This document shows, piece by piece, positions 39,653 through 49,072 of a stretch of 59,866 nucleotides of DNA. The stretch lies in the NCBI GenBank assembly GCA_043819095.1, contig JBDRFF010000020.1, positions 101,890 to 161,755 on the forward strand, written 5' to 3'. Within the stretch, counting starts at the first letter, position 1. Every line of letters begins with the position of its first letter. The notes under the pieces were generated by a model. It worked only from the letters and a program-made list of their open reading frames with translations. It made no database searches and had not been told where the DNA came from. Origin of the DNA: Candidatus Omnitrophota bacterium. GTDB taxonomy: Bacteria; Omnitrophota; Gorgyraeia; VGKH01. Made by a program: the position numbers and the translations under genes.

Positions 39653-40819
39653 TCAATACAAAGACAAAAAATGATTCAATTGATAAGCCGCGCTCAGACT
39701 AAGAAACACAATATATGCACCAAGCACAAGTTTAAACAATATCGGATTTATTTTATTCAACAAATAAATCCCATTAATTATCGCAAGTAATACAAACGGT
39801 GCGAAAAATAAAGTTATGCGTCCGCCGGTAAATGGATAAATCTTTAAAATTCCCAACAACATCAATTCAGCGAACAAAACAAGGCTTAAACTATTAACCG
39901 ATTGAATCTTAAATTTTACTTTTTTAAAAGATGTGATAAAGTAATACAAAATCGAATATAAACCAAATACTGCAAAAAAACGGGCGATTCGTTTTATGAT
40001 TTTCACTTCTGAAAACCAACAGCTCATTAGATTATTGATACCCTCAGTTAAGCTTTTAAAAAATCCTGCGACTGAATCAAGCGAAATAAAATAATCCTGC
40101 CAATATCCGTGGTCCGCACCTTTATAGAAACGTATATCAAAATAATAGACTAAGAAACCAAACAAAATAATTGATACTGTATAAAGAATAGCCAAATTTA
40201 GATTTTTCTTATTATCTTTAATCGAAACTATGAAATTATATAGCGGAATCCAAACAAAGAAAAATCCGATATATGAAAACAAAAGCGAGATCGGCAATAA
40301 TATCGAGAGCTTCTCGCAAGGAGCAATCTGTCTTTCTTCGGCGCATTGACCTTGTTTATACAAGAACAGCGTAAACATCGCCGCAATAAAAACATCGCAG
40401 GAATATTGTTTTAATTCTGCTGCATAATATATCAAATAATATGAAGCAGCCCATGAGAAAACTATTAGTAGGTGTTGTAATCTTGGAAATTTTTCCTGTT
40501 GAAAGATTTTAAGCCAGAAAATAAAGCCTGCAATCATAAATATAAACGGCAAGATTCTTAAGCTAATCAGATTATAATCGAAACTTGCTGCGATTTTTTG
40601 GATGGAAAATAAATATAATCTGGGGAAAACCTGTCCTTCTAAAAGCGGGCCGAAAATCTCTTTGCCGGATAATTCCTTAAGATTATATTCTATGCGGGCC
40701 TCGTCGTGCCAGAGCAACCTTTGAGAAAAAAGATGAATCGTGCAGACTGCAATAAACCAAATCGAGGCAAGAAGAATTAATTTTTTTATGAAATTTTCTT
40801 TAGATAAAAATAAAATCAC
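39653..40819 (-). CDS. Polytopic membrane protein, probable GT-C glycosyltransferase
   Basis: LWHDEA acidic motif after TM1, AELKQYS, ~10 TM; coupled to a GT2 gene. Confidence 0.65.
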   Translation of the reverse strand: MILFLSKENFIKKLILLASIWFIAVCTIHLFSQRLLWHDEARIEYNLKELSGKEIFGPLLEGQVFPRLYLFSIQKIAASFDYNLISLRILPFIFMIAGFIFWLKIFQQEKFPRLQHLLIVFSWAASYYLIYYAAELKQYSCDVFIAAMFTLFLYKQGQCAEERQIAPCEKLSILLPISLLFSYIGFFFVWIPLYNFIVSIKDNKKNLNLAILYTVSIILFGFLVYYFDIRFYKGADHGYWQDYFISLDSVAGFFKSLTEGINNLMSCWFSEVKIIKRIARFFAVFGLYSILYYFITSFKKVKFKIQSVNSLSLVLFAELMLLGILKIYPFTGGRITLFFAPFVLLAIINGIYLLNKINPILFKLVLGAYIVFLSLSAAYQLNHFLSLY

Positions 40820-41511
40820 TATCTTGAAAATAAATTATATTTGATGATACACCAAAGTGCGATAAATCCGTCTTTCCACTTGATTTTTTTGCCTTCGGTG
40901 TAAGTCCTTCCCCTGTAAGATATGCCTACTTCGTAAATTCTGCATTTTAGTTTGGCGACTTTGGCGGTAATCTCCGGTTCAAAGCCAAATCGATTCTCTT
41001 TTATATCTATCTTTTTTACTATTTCGGAGCGAAACACTTTATAACATGTCTCCATGTCAGTAAGGTTCAGGTCGGTCAAGATGTTTGAGAAAAAAGTAAG
41101 GAACGCGTTTCCTAATCTGTGCCAGAAAAATACCACCCTTTGCGGCTCATCTCCTTTAAAACGTGAACCATAGACCACATCTGCGCTTCCATCCTGGATA
41201 GGAGCTAATAATTTCGGATATTCTGCTGGATTATATTCTAAATCTGCATCCTGGATGATAATTACATCACCAGTCGCGGCTTTCATCCCGGTTCTAATCG
41301 CAGCGCCTTTGCCCATATTTTTTTTGTGGTAGAGAACCTTATCCACCTGGCCTTCTATTTTATCCTTTATAATTTGGCGGGTACCGTCTGTGGATAAATC
41401 GTCGATAAGGATAATTTCTTTATTCTCTAGGACAGATGCCTTAACCGCTTGAATGAGCTTCTCTATCGTGTTTTTTTCGTTATAACAGGCAATAATTATA
41501 GAAACTTTCAT
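40819..41511 (-). CDS. GT2 polyprenyl-phosphate glycosyltransferase
   Basis: [31 protein letters not shown]. Confidence 0.92.
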   Translation of the reverse strand: MKVSIIIACYNEKNTIEKLIQAVKASVLENKEIILIDDLSTDGTRQIIKDKIEGQVDKVLYHKKNMGKGAAIRTGMKAATGDVIIIQDADLEYNPAEYPKLLAPIQDGSADVVYGSRFKGDEPQRVVFFWHRLGNAFLTFFSNILTDLNLTDMETCYKVFRSEIVKKIDIKENRFGFEPEITAKVAKLKCRIYEVGISYRGRTYTEGKKIKWKDGFIALWCIIKYNLFSR

Positions 41512-41600
41512 CTTAAACCTCTATTATATTATATTGTTTTGGCGAGGGTTGTAAAGGCAAAAATGTGAGGATTAGAAGACTGTTTCTGTCACTGACTATG

Positions 41601-43610
41601 TTAAAAAATCAAAGTCACGCCTGCCTGAAATGCTCTCTTTGCCGACGGATAAAATGCTTTTCCTCTGAAGCCTATTATTCCGTACTCTGAGTAGTCTTTA
41701 TCGAATAAATTCTTGATCGAAAGCCAAAATTCAGCATTCTTCATTGTGTAATTCAATACTGTATCAAATATAATATGTGACTTAAGCTCTGAGTACTCAT
41801 TATTCAAATCGTTTACTGCATATCTTGAACCTGTATAACTACAAGATATGGTCCAGTCTAAATTTTTTATCGGCGAAACTGTAATGCCTCCTGAAGCATA
41901 GACATTAGGAACAAACGGTACTTCATACTTGGCATACGGCCCACCCTTAAAGAATGATTCCTGAACCGTTAGGGACACGAAAGGCTTAAACCTGGACTCT
42001 AATAAATCGAACTTTGATTCGAGCTCTAAGCCATAATGGCGCGTTTTCGGCTTATAATTCGAATTGGTAAATGCAATACTGTCATAGTAGATTTCATTCT
42101 TAATATCCATAAGAAAAACATCGGCATTTAAATTCACCCAGCCTAAAGAATTATGGCGTATTCCCAATTCGTAGTTATGAGATTGCTGATGTTTAAGACT
42201 GGTGTTAAGTCCTCCGTATTCAGTGACTCCCACGAGATATTTATTCGAATAATACTCCTCAGTGGCGGGCAACCTATATGACCTGGCGTAGTTGAAATAT
42301 ACTTGAGATTCTTTATCGTATTTATAACCGATCCCAAATTCGCCAGCCCCATCTTTTATCGATTTAGAATCATAATTGGCAACAAGGCCTTTTTGGTCGA
42401 ATGTATAATCTGCATATTCTAATCTGCCGCCTGCATTTATTAAATATTTACCCCAGGTCTCAGCCAAATCATACACGTAAAACCCGAATGTATCTTTATA
42501 AATATCTGCTTCGTCCTGCCGATTACCAATTCGATTGCCGCTGAGTATATTATCCTTGGCATGAAAATAATCAAAACCTACAACAAATTTATTATCAACT
42601 TCGCTAATAGATGAATTAATTTCTAATTTCGGCCTCAACTCATGCGAAAGAATGTAATGCACTGTCTCATACTCAGATACATCTTGCGTGTATACCGAAA
42701 GACCTTTACTACGTCGCTCTCTATATGAAGTAAAAAATGATAAATTAATATCGTGTTCTCCGATAGAAAATGATAGCTTAGGTACCGGCGTAATAAAGTA
42801 ATCAGAGGTAAATCCTCCATCGTATCGCTTTACCGTTCCGCTCCTTTCAACCGACTCAATCTCTGATGGATAAAGCGCACCTGGCAGGCCGTAGCGGTCG
42901 CGATGATAGCCGGCCGAAAGATCCAATTCAAAATCATCCGTGGGATGTATTGTGGCCTTACCGAAGAAATTATTATCCCAATACTCACTATTCGCACGAT
43001 AGCCGTCTGATTCTTGATGCGAGTAATTCAAAAAATAATCAACGACCTCTGTGCTGCCGCTGATACTGGCAAATCCTTTTTTGAACTGATGACTCCCCAA
43101 GCTGCCGCCAATTTTAATTTCCGGCTTCTCACTTACTCCTTTTTTGGTAATAATGTTAATCAAGCCGCCGAAAGCATTATCACCATATAATACCGTAGAG
43201 GAACCTCTTACTATCTCAATTCTTTCTATTGAATCTAAGCTGATCTGGCCCCAATCCACACCGGAAAGATCTATTTGATTAGTTCTTCTACCGTCTATTA
43301 ATACAAGTACGTTAGAAAGGCTGGAATCGCCAAAACCTCTCATATCGACCTTTACGCCTTTAGGATTACCTATCTGATCTGTCACAACAATCCCGGCTTT
43401 TTCTTTAATGAGTTCTGGCAGGGAATTTGCCTTTGACAACTCTATATCCTCCTCAGTAATTACGGTTATGCCTTTGGTAACTTCAGATATTGGCACCTCA
43501 ACTTTAAATGGAGTAACTACGATCCTGTCTAATTCCACTTCAGCAAATACTAATCGATTACTAAAAAACAACAACAAAAAAATTAATAAGATATACGACG
43601 TCTTCTTCAT
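41601..43610 (-). CDS. TonB-dependent receptor, probable cobalamin (BtuB-like)
   Basis: Signal peptide, plug motifs (MRGFG, VLIDGR, IERIEIVRG..LYG), terminal F; downstream of a B12 riboswitch. Confidence 0.85.
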   Translation of the reverse strand: MKKTSYILLIFLLLFFSNRLVFAEVELDRIVVTPFKVEVPISEVTKGITVITEEDIELSKANSLPELIKEKAGIVVTDQIGNPKGVKVDMRGFGDSSLSNVLVLIDGRRTNQIDLSGVDWGQISLDSIERIEIVRGSSTVLYGDNAFGGLINIITKKGVSEKPEIKIGGSLGSHQFKKGFASISGSTEVVDYFLNYSHQESDGYRANSEYWDNNFFGKATIHPTDDFELDLSAGYHRDRYGLPGALYPSEIESVERSGTVKRYDGGFTSDYFITPVPKLSFSIGEHDINLSFFTSYRERRSKGLSVYTQDVSEYETVHYILSHELRPKLEINSSISEVDNKFVVGFDYFHAKDNILSGNRIGNRQDEADIYKDTFGFYVYDLAETWGKYLINAGGRLEYADYTFDQKGLVANYDSKSIKDGAGEFGIGYKYDKESQVYFNYARSYRLPATEEYYSNKYLVGVTEYGGLNTSLKHQQSHNYELGIRHNSLGWVNLNADVFLMDIKNEIYYDSIAFTNSNYKPKTRHYGLELESKFDLLESRFKPFVSLTVQESFFKGGPYAKYEVPFVPNVYASGGITVSPIKNLDWTISCSYTGSRYAVNDLNNEYSELKSHIIFDTVLNYTMKNAEFWLSIKNLFDKDYSEYGIIGFRGKAFYPSAKRAFQAGVTLIF

Positions 43611-43626
43611 GATTTTTCCTCCTGTT

Positions 43627-43664
43627 AAAATAAAACCCCCTCCGACGATACGTCGGAGGGGGTT
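43627..43664 (-). terminator. Riboswitch expression-platform terminator
   Basis: AACCCCCTCCGACG-TAT-CGTCGGAGGGGGTT then TTATTTT, just upstream of the receptor RBS. Confidence 0.75.
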
Positions 43665-43734
43665 GCACCCTGATTTTCTTTACCCCTGATTTATGCGTCT
43701 TGATACTGTAGACCGCAGTATCCAAAACTTTAAT

Positions 43735-43900
43735 ATATAGGCAGGTCTTCTGGCTCTTGGATCAATCTACTCTCCGCGCCTTCTCGGTCCATTTGGACCA
43801 ATGGCCTCCTGCGGATTTCGTCCCCAATCACAGCGGCGGGACCGCGTCTGCTTCAAACAACAGACTTCCCTGTCAGGCTAAAACTATATAGCACCTATAT
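43735..43900 (-). ncRNA. Cobalamin riboswitch
   Basis: AGGTGC..AGGGAAGTCTG..GCGGTCCCGCCGCTGTGA..GCCATTGG..GAGAAGGC..GAGCCAGAAGACCTGCCT (B12 box). Confidence 0.93.
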
Positions 43901-43904
43901 AGGA

Positions 43905-44411
43905 CTAATTTTTTAAAAGAACAGTGGCAAGACGAGTATTCTTAACTCGTTTTGCAATCAACTCATATGCTCCGAATAATACCGTTGAATAAACAAGCGT
44001 CGATAGAACCATATGTCGGAAAAATGGAATCGCCATCACATAACAATTTATGAGTCCTTCGAAAGTATGGGTATACCAACCAACCAGCCATACGCCGAAA
44101 TTAGTAATCAAAAAGAATAAAACTGCCGAAAGCAAAGACGATCCTGCAACAGTCAAAGCAGATTTTCGTTTCTTTTGGGTTATTCCTAAAACAGTAATCA
44201 AAATAACGCTGCCCCAGGTAAAAGCAACTACCCCGTGAAGTCCTAAAAATAAATCAGTGATAATCATTAGAGATAAAGGAATCAGTATAGCATATTTTTT
44301 ATTTAAATAAAAACCGCTAAATAAAGCAATTGCCACAACTGGCGTGAAATTCGGGACATGCGGAATGAATCTCATTGCTATTCCTAATAATATTAATGCG
44401 ATTGCTAACAT
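43905..44411 (-). CDS. DUF6580/ECF S-component-like membrane protein (possible B12 transporter)
   Basis: RFIPHVPNFTP, FFLITNFGVW, AIPFF; ATG 44411 with AAGGAGG; context. Confidence 0.72.
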   Translation of the reverse strand: MLAIALILLGIAMRFIPHVPNFTPVVAIALFSGFYLNKKYAILIPLSLMIITDLFLGLHGVVAFTWGSVILITVLGITQKKRKSALTVAGSSLLSAVLFFLITNFGVWLVGWYTHTFEGLINCYVMAIPFFRHMVLSTLVYSTVLFGAYELIAKRVKNTRLATVLLKN

Positions 44412-44424
44412 ATTTTCCTCCTTC

Positions 44425-44569
44425 AATGAGCGCACAATTTACGGAACGATAGTAAACGTAAATTGTCTGCGCGAAATGGTCCCCCCTTCTTGCTTTCGCA
44501 AGAAAGCAGGGGGGACAAATTCAGCCAACAAACTTATGTTCACTGCGTTCCATAAGTTTGGGCTTTATT
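44425..44569. repeat. Three-hairpin element, copy F
   Basis: AATGAGCGCA-CAATTTACG..CGTAAATTG-TC-TGCGCGAA; CCCCCC..GGGGGG stem; inverted arm. Confidence 0.88.
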
Positions 44570-44572
44570 TGA

Positions 44573-44601
44573 ATTCTATTAGAATTAACCGATATTGTCA
44601 A
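44573..44601 (-). promoter_or_regulatory. sigma70 promoter reading into element F and DUF6580
   Basis: TTGACA-17 nt-TAGAAT. Confidence 0.7.
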
Positions 44602-44602
44602 G

Positions 44603-45106
44603 TTAAAATTCAATTCCTTTGCGGCCAGTGACTTTTTTTTTGAAAGGATGCTTGATTTCCCTCATCTGGGTGACGTAATCTGCAAGTTTAATAAGCATAG
44701 GATGAGCGTATCTGCCGGTTAGAATCAATTCAATTCTCACCGGCGCCTTCTTGAGAACATCAAGGACCTCAGCAATTTTTAATAACTTTAAATTTATTGC
44801 GATATTTGCCTCATCCAAAATCACAACATCAAATTTCTTAGATTTGATAATATTTTTAATCCGATCTAGTCCTTTTTTTGCTAAAGCAATATCTTTTGGC
44901 TTGGGTTTTTTTCCGATAAAACAAGTTGTGCCAAATTGTTCTATTCTGATATTCTTTATTTTCTTAAAAGATTTTAATTCGCTATATTTTTTACCTTTAA
45001 GGAATTGGCCGATAAATACTTTCTTGCCTGCGCCAGCCGCCCGCATTGCCAGGCCTAGCGCGGCTGTAGTTTTTCCTTTTCCTCCCCCAGTATAGATATG
45101 AATCAT
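44603..45106 (-). CDS. cobO: Cob(I)alamin adenosyltransferase (CobA/CobO/BtuR type)
   Basis: YTGGGKGKTTAALG, QFLKG, ILDE, LTGR, KHP, GIEF. Confidence 0.93.
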   Translation of the reverse strand: MIHIYTGGGKGKTTAALGLAMRAAGAGKKVFIGQFLKGKKYSELKSFKKIKNIRIEQFGTTCFIGKKPKPKDIALAKKGLDRIKNIIKSKKFDVVILDEANIAINLKLLKIAEVLDVLKKAPVRIELILTGRYAHPMLIKLADYVTQMREIKHPFKKKVTGRKGIEF

Positions 45107-45111
45107 TCTTT

Positions 45112-45588
45112 TTAAGATTTAATAAATATCGGAGCGTTGATTACGCCCAGACTTACCAAGGTTACGATTATCCCTGCGATAATCATTCCTGCGGTTATGG
45201 CTAAAACTGCATAACGAAATCTAACTTTAAATAGCGTAGCTGCGACAGCTCCGGTCCAGACGCCTGTTATAGGAAGTGGTATTGCAACAAATAACATAAG
45301 CCCAAGCGCTTCGTATTTCTCTACAAGCGTAGCTTTTCTCCTGGTCCTTTCGAAAAACCAATCGAAGAATTTCCGCCAGATAAAAAATCTTCTTAATTTA
45401 TTTGAAACCGGTCCCAATAGCAAAAGCAATGGGATTATGGGCAAGAAATTACCTAAAATCGCTAAGAGAAAAATCTTTATGTAATGTTCGCTTCCCAGAA
45501 GATACATCCCTAAAGGAACAGCTCCTCTTAATTCCACAACCGGTGCAGCTGCTATTAAGATAATATAAAGTTCATTTATTATATCCAT
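45112..45588 (-). CDS. COG2426 small multidrug export-like membrane protein
   Basis: PVVELRGAVP, FVAIPLPITGVWTG. Confidence 0.85.
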   Translation of the reverse strand: MDIINELYIILIAAAPVVELRGAVPLGMYLLGSEHYIKIFLLAILGNFLPIIPLLLLLGPVSNKLRRFFIWRKFFDWFFERTRRKATLVEKYEALGLMLFVAIPLPITGVWTGAVAATLFKVRFRYAVLAITAGMIIAGIIVTLVSLGVINAPIFIKS

Positions 45589-46213
45589 ATTTACCTATTA
45601 GCGGAACAAAAACACAGCCGCAGATATTCTTGGTTATAATTTTTCCTTTTATTTTCTCGACTAGAACCAACGTCTGTCCGAACCCGCCCCCGACTGGCAT
45701 AACCAGTCTGCCCTTTTCAGCCAGCTGATTGATTAAAGCTTCGGGTATCTCCGGCGAAGCCGCAGTAACGATAATTGCATCAAAAGGTGAAGATTCCTCC
45801 CAACCTAAAGAACCATCATCAACCTTTATTTTAACATTTTTGTATCCGAGTTCTTTTATAACTTTTTCTGCTATCTCTGCTAAAGAAGAAATTCGCTCAA
45901 CCGAATAAACCTCTTTGGCTAATTCTGCCAATATCGCTGCCTGATATCCTGAGCCAGTACCAATTTCTAAAACTCTATCTTCCGGCTTTAAATTCAGAAG
46001 CTGTGTCATCAACGCTACCATATAAGGCTGGGAAATCGTCTGGTCTGCACCTATGGGCAGAGGATGATCAGCGTAAGCGCTTAATTGCATATCTTCAGAG
46101 ACGAATTTATGACGCTGGACTTTTCGGAAAACCTCCAGAACTTTTTTATCCTGGATATCGCGCGCAACTAATTGGCTCTGAACCATATCTTCTCTTAAGA
46201 TTTTGGGGTCCAT
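45572..46213 (-). CDS. pcm: Protein-L-isoaspartate O-methyltransferase
   Basis: QTISQPYMVA, LEIGTGSGYQAA, FVPL. Confidence 0.96.
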   Translation of the reverse strand: MDPKILREDMVQSQLVARDIQDKKVLEVFRKVQRHKFVSEDMQLSAYADHPLPIGADQTISQPYMVALMTQLLNLKPEDRVLEIGTGSGYQAAILAELAKEVYSVERISSLAEIAEKVIKELGYKNVKIKVDDGSLGWEESSPFDAIIVTAASPEIPEALINQLAEKGRLVMPVGGGFGQTLVLVEKIKGKIITKNICGCVFVPLIGKYGYNK

Positions 46214-46866
46214 TTTTTCCTAAAGATAAATCCAAAAAATCTTATCGTGTCTAAAAAAGGATTGATTCTGCTTTTTTGGTCCTGATAGATAGTCTTTATG
46301 GGAACAAAATAAATTCTGAACCCTTTTTTTCTTGCCTCGATTAATACTTCGGTTTCTATCTCAAAATTTGAGGTTGAAAGCTCAAAAGATTTTAGAGCTT
46401 CTGTATTTATATATCTAAATCCACACTGCGTATCTGGTATATATTGCCTGCAGATTGCAGATATAAAAGAAGACATTATCTTATTGGTGCACCACCTTAT
46501 AAATGGCATATTGCGCGTCCTAAACATCCTATTTCCGATTATTACTTTAGCATCTGATTGATTTATCTTTTCGATAAATCGAGGTAAATCTTCTGGATCG
46601 TGTTGACCGTCTCCATCAATAGTTATAATACCATCATAATTTTCCTGGACGATAAAATCAAAACCCTTTCGCAGAGAAGCCCCTTTGCCAACGGTCTTCT
46701 CATTTCTTAAAACCATAGCGCCTTTTTCTTTGGCGATTCTTCCAGTTGAGTCGCTTGACCCGTCATCGATAACCAAAACATGAAACCCTTTGTTCTTCGT
46801 TTCCTCAACGAGGTAACCTATTGTTTTTGCTTCGTTATAAGCCGGAATGACTGCGCAAATATTCAT
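46195..46866 (-). CDS. GT2 glycosyltransferase
   Basis: IPAYNE, DDGSSD, DGDGQH, DTQCGFR; likely start MNICAV. Confidence 0.9.
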   Translation of the reverse strand: MNICAVIPAYNEAKTIGYLVEETKNKGFHVLVIDDGSSDSTGRIAKEKGAMVLRNEKTVGKGASLRKGFDFIVQENYDGIITIDGDGQHDPEDLPRFIEKINQSDAKVIIGNRMFRTRNMPFIRWCTNKIMSSFISAICRQYIPDTQCGFRYINTEALKSFELSTSNFEIETEVLIEARKKGFRIYFVPIKTIYQDQKSRINPFLDTIRFFGFIFRKKWTPKS

Positions 46867-46867
46867 T

Positions 46868-47716
46868 TTATATCCAGAATTTTCTAAACATAAGCCACTG
46901 GTCAGGATACTTTCTGATATAACGTTCAATCACTTCCAAATATTTTCTCGTAAGATCATGTATATCTTTTTCCTTATCGCCGGTTGAAACGGGTTCAATC
47001 GGCTTCTCCCAAATGAATTTAAAATTATTATCTTTCCCTCGTATCACAAGCCCCATAATAATAGGCGCGCCCGTTAATAAAGATAATGTAGCCAAACCCT
47101 TAGGGATAAGCGTCTTTTTTCCGAAGAAATCAATAACCATGCCGTGTTCGGTAAATTCTCTATCACCGACCAAGCCTATGATTTCATTATTTTTAAAACT
47201 CTCTATGCATTTTCTGGCAGCCTTTCCTACAGGAATCACTCCAACTCCTTTTGACTGCCTCTGGTAGTTAAAATAATCATTTATTCTTTTATTTCTGTGG
47301 GGAAAAGCAACGACAGATACAGGGTAACCTAAAAGTCCCATAATCAACCCACCTAGCTCCCAATTGCATAAATGGGCGCTGCCTGCGATAATGCCCTTAC
47401 CTTTCTTTAGGGCCTCGTCAACGTATTCCAACCCGACTACATCGACTTTATCTTTAAGCATCGCTTTATCAAACTTAGGGGTGCGGAAAAAATCCACTAA
47501 ATATATGCTGAAATTTCTAAAAACATTTATTGCGATACCGAGGTGATTCTTCCTATTGGGGAGGATTACTCTTAAATTATTTAGAACCGCTACCCTATCG
47601 GCCTTTGAATATATAAAATGTATATCCGATATAAATCTTGCCAAGGCATAGGCGCCTTTTAAAGGAAGCTTATTTGCCAAAAAAATACCGATTTTGTAAT
47701 AAATATAATTAAACAT
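46868..47716 (-). CDS. Lipid A/glycolipid acyltransferase (LpxL/PatA-like)
   Basis: HLCNWE catalytic motif, FFG, PDQW. Confidence 0.85.
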   Translation of the reverse strand: MFNYIYYKIGIFLANKLPLKGAYALARFISDIHFIYSKADRVAVLNNLRVILPNRKNHLGIAINVFRNFSIYLVDFFRTPKFDKAMLKDKVDVVGLEYVDEALKKGKGIIAGSAHLCNWELGGLIMGLLGYPVSVVAFPHRNKRINDYFNYQRQSKGVGVIPVGKAARKCIESFKNNEIIGLVGDREFTEHGMVIDFFGKKTLIPKGLATLSLLTGAPIIMGLVIRGKDNNFKFIWEKPIEPVSTGDKEKDIHDLTRKYLEVIERYIRKYPDQWLMFRKFWI

Positions 47717-48827
47717 TATTGCCTAAAATTAATCTTGCAATATTTAATGAAGCATCGGGAAAACTTACTGCTTTTGCGCAACGGCTCATATTTTCAAGTG
47801 CAACTTTATTACGTAGAAGTTCGTTGAGTTTTCTATCCAATTGCTCGAGGGTATCAACCTTGACTGCTGCATCCTGCCTTAATAAGTATTGAGTATTATT
47901 TGCCTCCTGTCCGGGGATGGGATGCATAATAATCATTGGTAAGCCCTTTGACAATGCCTCTGCTGAAGTTATCCCGCCAGGCTTAGTTATTAAAAGAGTA
48001 GAAATTGACATAAGCTCATCTATGTTATCGTAATAACCTAAAGCAACTAATTTTTTATCTTTAAGTCTGTATTTCTTTATCCAACTCAATAATCTTCTAT
48101 TGGTCCCGCATATTACGATAACTTGAAAATAGGCCTTAATCTTATTGAACGATTTAATCATCTTCTTAACCGGCCCCAGACCCTGACCGCCACCCATAAC
48201 TAGAATTATCGGTAAGGACAAATCCAGTCCTAATCCTGCGGCTATCTTTTCTTTGTTCACGTCTTTGGCAAATTTCCTATCGATAGGAATTCCCAATATT
48301 TTTATACGCTCTTGCTTTATGCCTTCGCGAATAAGTCTTTGTCTGGACTCCTGATTGGCGACGATAAAATAATCGATTTCATCGTATATCCAGTAGGCGT
48401 GCGGAGCATAATCGGTTACAACCGCCACTAGCGGAACATTTAAGTTATGAGTCTTCTTATAATCTGCAATCATGCCGCAAGGAAAAGCCTGGGAGCAGAC
48501 TACGCAATCGGGTTTGAATTCCTCAAGCAAGGCCTGCAATTTCTTTTGATTGGATTTATGGATAATCTCTTTAATGCGCCTGGTCCTTTTTACAACCTTG
48601 GGATTATCGTATAGATATTCCCAAACCTCTGGCCTTCTTTTAATCACACCGTGGTATGCCTTATTGATTATCTTCTCTAAGATAGGATTTGTATAATTAA
48701 ATCCATTTATATTTTTAATCGTAATATCCGGTTTTAAACTCTTTAAGGCATTTTCAATAGCGATAGTGGCGCTATGATGGCCGGATACTTCCGAGATATA
48801 CATTAACAAGACTTTTCTTACTGACAT
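47709..48827 (-). CDS. MGDG synthase/UgtP-like glycosyltransferase (GT28)
   Basis: SGHH, VTDY, GIPI, MGGGQG, TKPGGIT.AE, PGQE. Confidence 0.88.
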   Translation of the reverse strand: MSVRKVLLMYISEVSGHHSATIAIENALKSLKPDITIKNINGFNYTNPILEKIINKAYHGVIKRRPEVWEYLYDNPKVVKRTRRIKEIIHKSNQKKLQALLEEFKPDCVVCSQAFPCGMIADYKKTHNLNVPLVAVVTDYAPHAYWIYDEIDYFIVANQESRQRLIREGIKQERIKILGIPIDRKFAKDVNKEKIAAGLGLDLSLPIILVMGGGQGLGPVKKMIKSFNKIKAYFQVIVICGTNRRLLSWIKKYRLKDKKLVALGYYDNIDELMSISTLLITKPGGITSAEALSKGLPMIIMHPIPGQEANNTQYLLRQDAAVKVDTLEQLDRKLNELLRNKVALENMSRCAKAVSFPDASLNIARLILGNNV

Positions 48828-48835
48828 GATAATTT

Positions 48836-49072
48836 TTATTTTTCCTCTATTACCGCCAATGCCTCTCCGACGTTAACATCATCACCTTCGCTTTTCAATA
48901 TCTCTTTTAAGATTCCAGAGAAGGGTGCGGGTAAATTAAATGTTGCCTTATCGGTTGCAAGTTCCACAAGGTCATCTTTCTCTTTGACTTCTTGACCTAT
49001 TTCAAAAAGCCATGCAGTAACACAGGCCTTTAAAATACCTTCACCTAACTCAGGCAGTAAAACTTTCTTCAT
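48836..49072 (-). CDS. Stand-alone lipoyl domain protein
   Basis: LPELGEG, ATDKAT (lipoyl-Lys), VNVG. Confidence 0.88.
   Translation of the reverse strand: MKKVLLPELGEGILKACVTAWLFEIGQEVKEKDDLVELATDKATFNLPAPFSGILKEILKSEGDDVNVGEALAVIEEK

Noticed and set aside
7026-44569. Hammerhead ribozyme interpretation of the ATGAG-stem-CGAA arms
   Set aside because: The core needs CUGANGA and GAAA plus stems I/III with an NUH site; the arms have AAUGA and mostly GAAU, with no such stems
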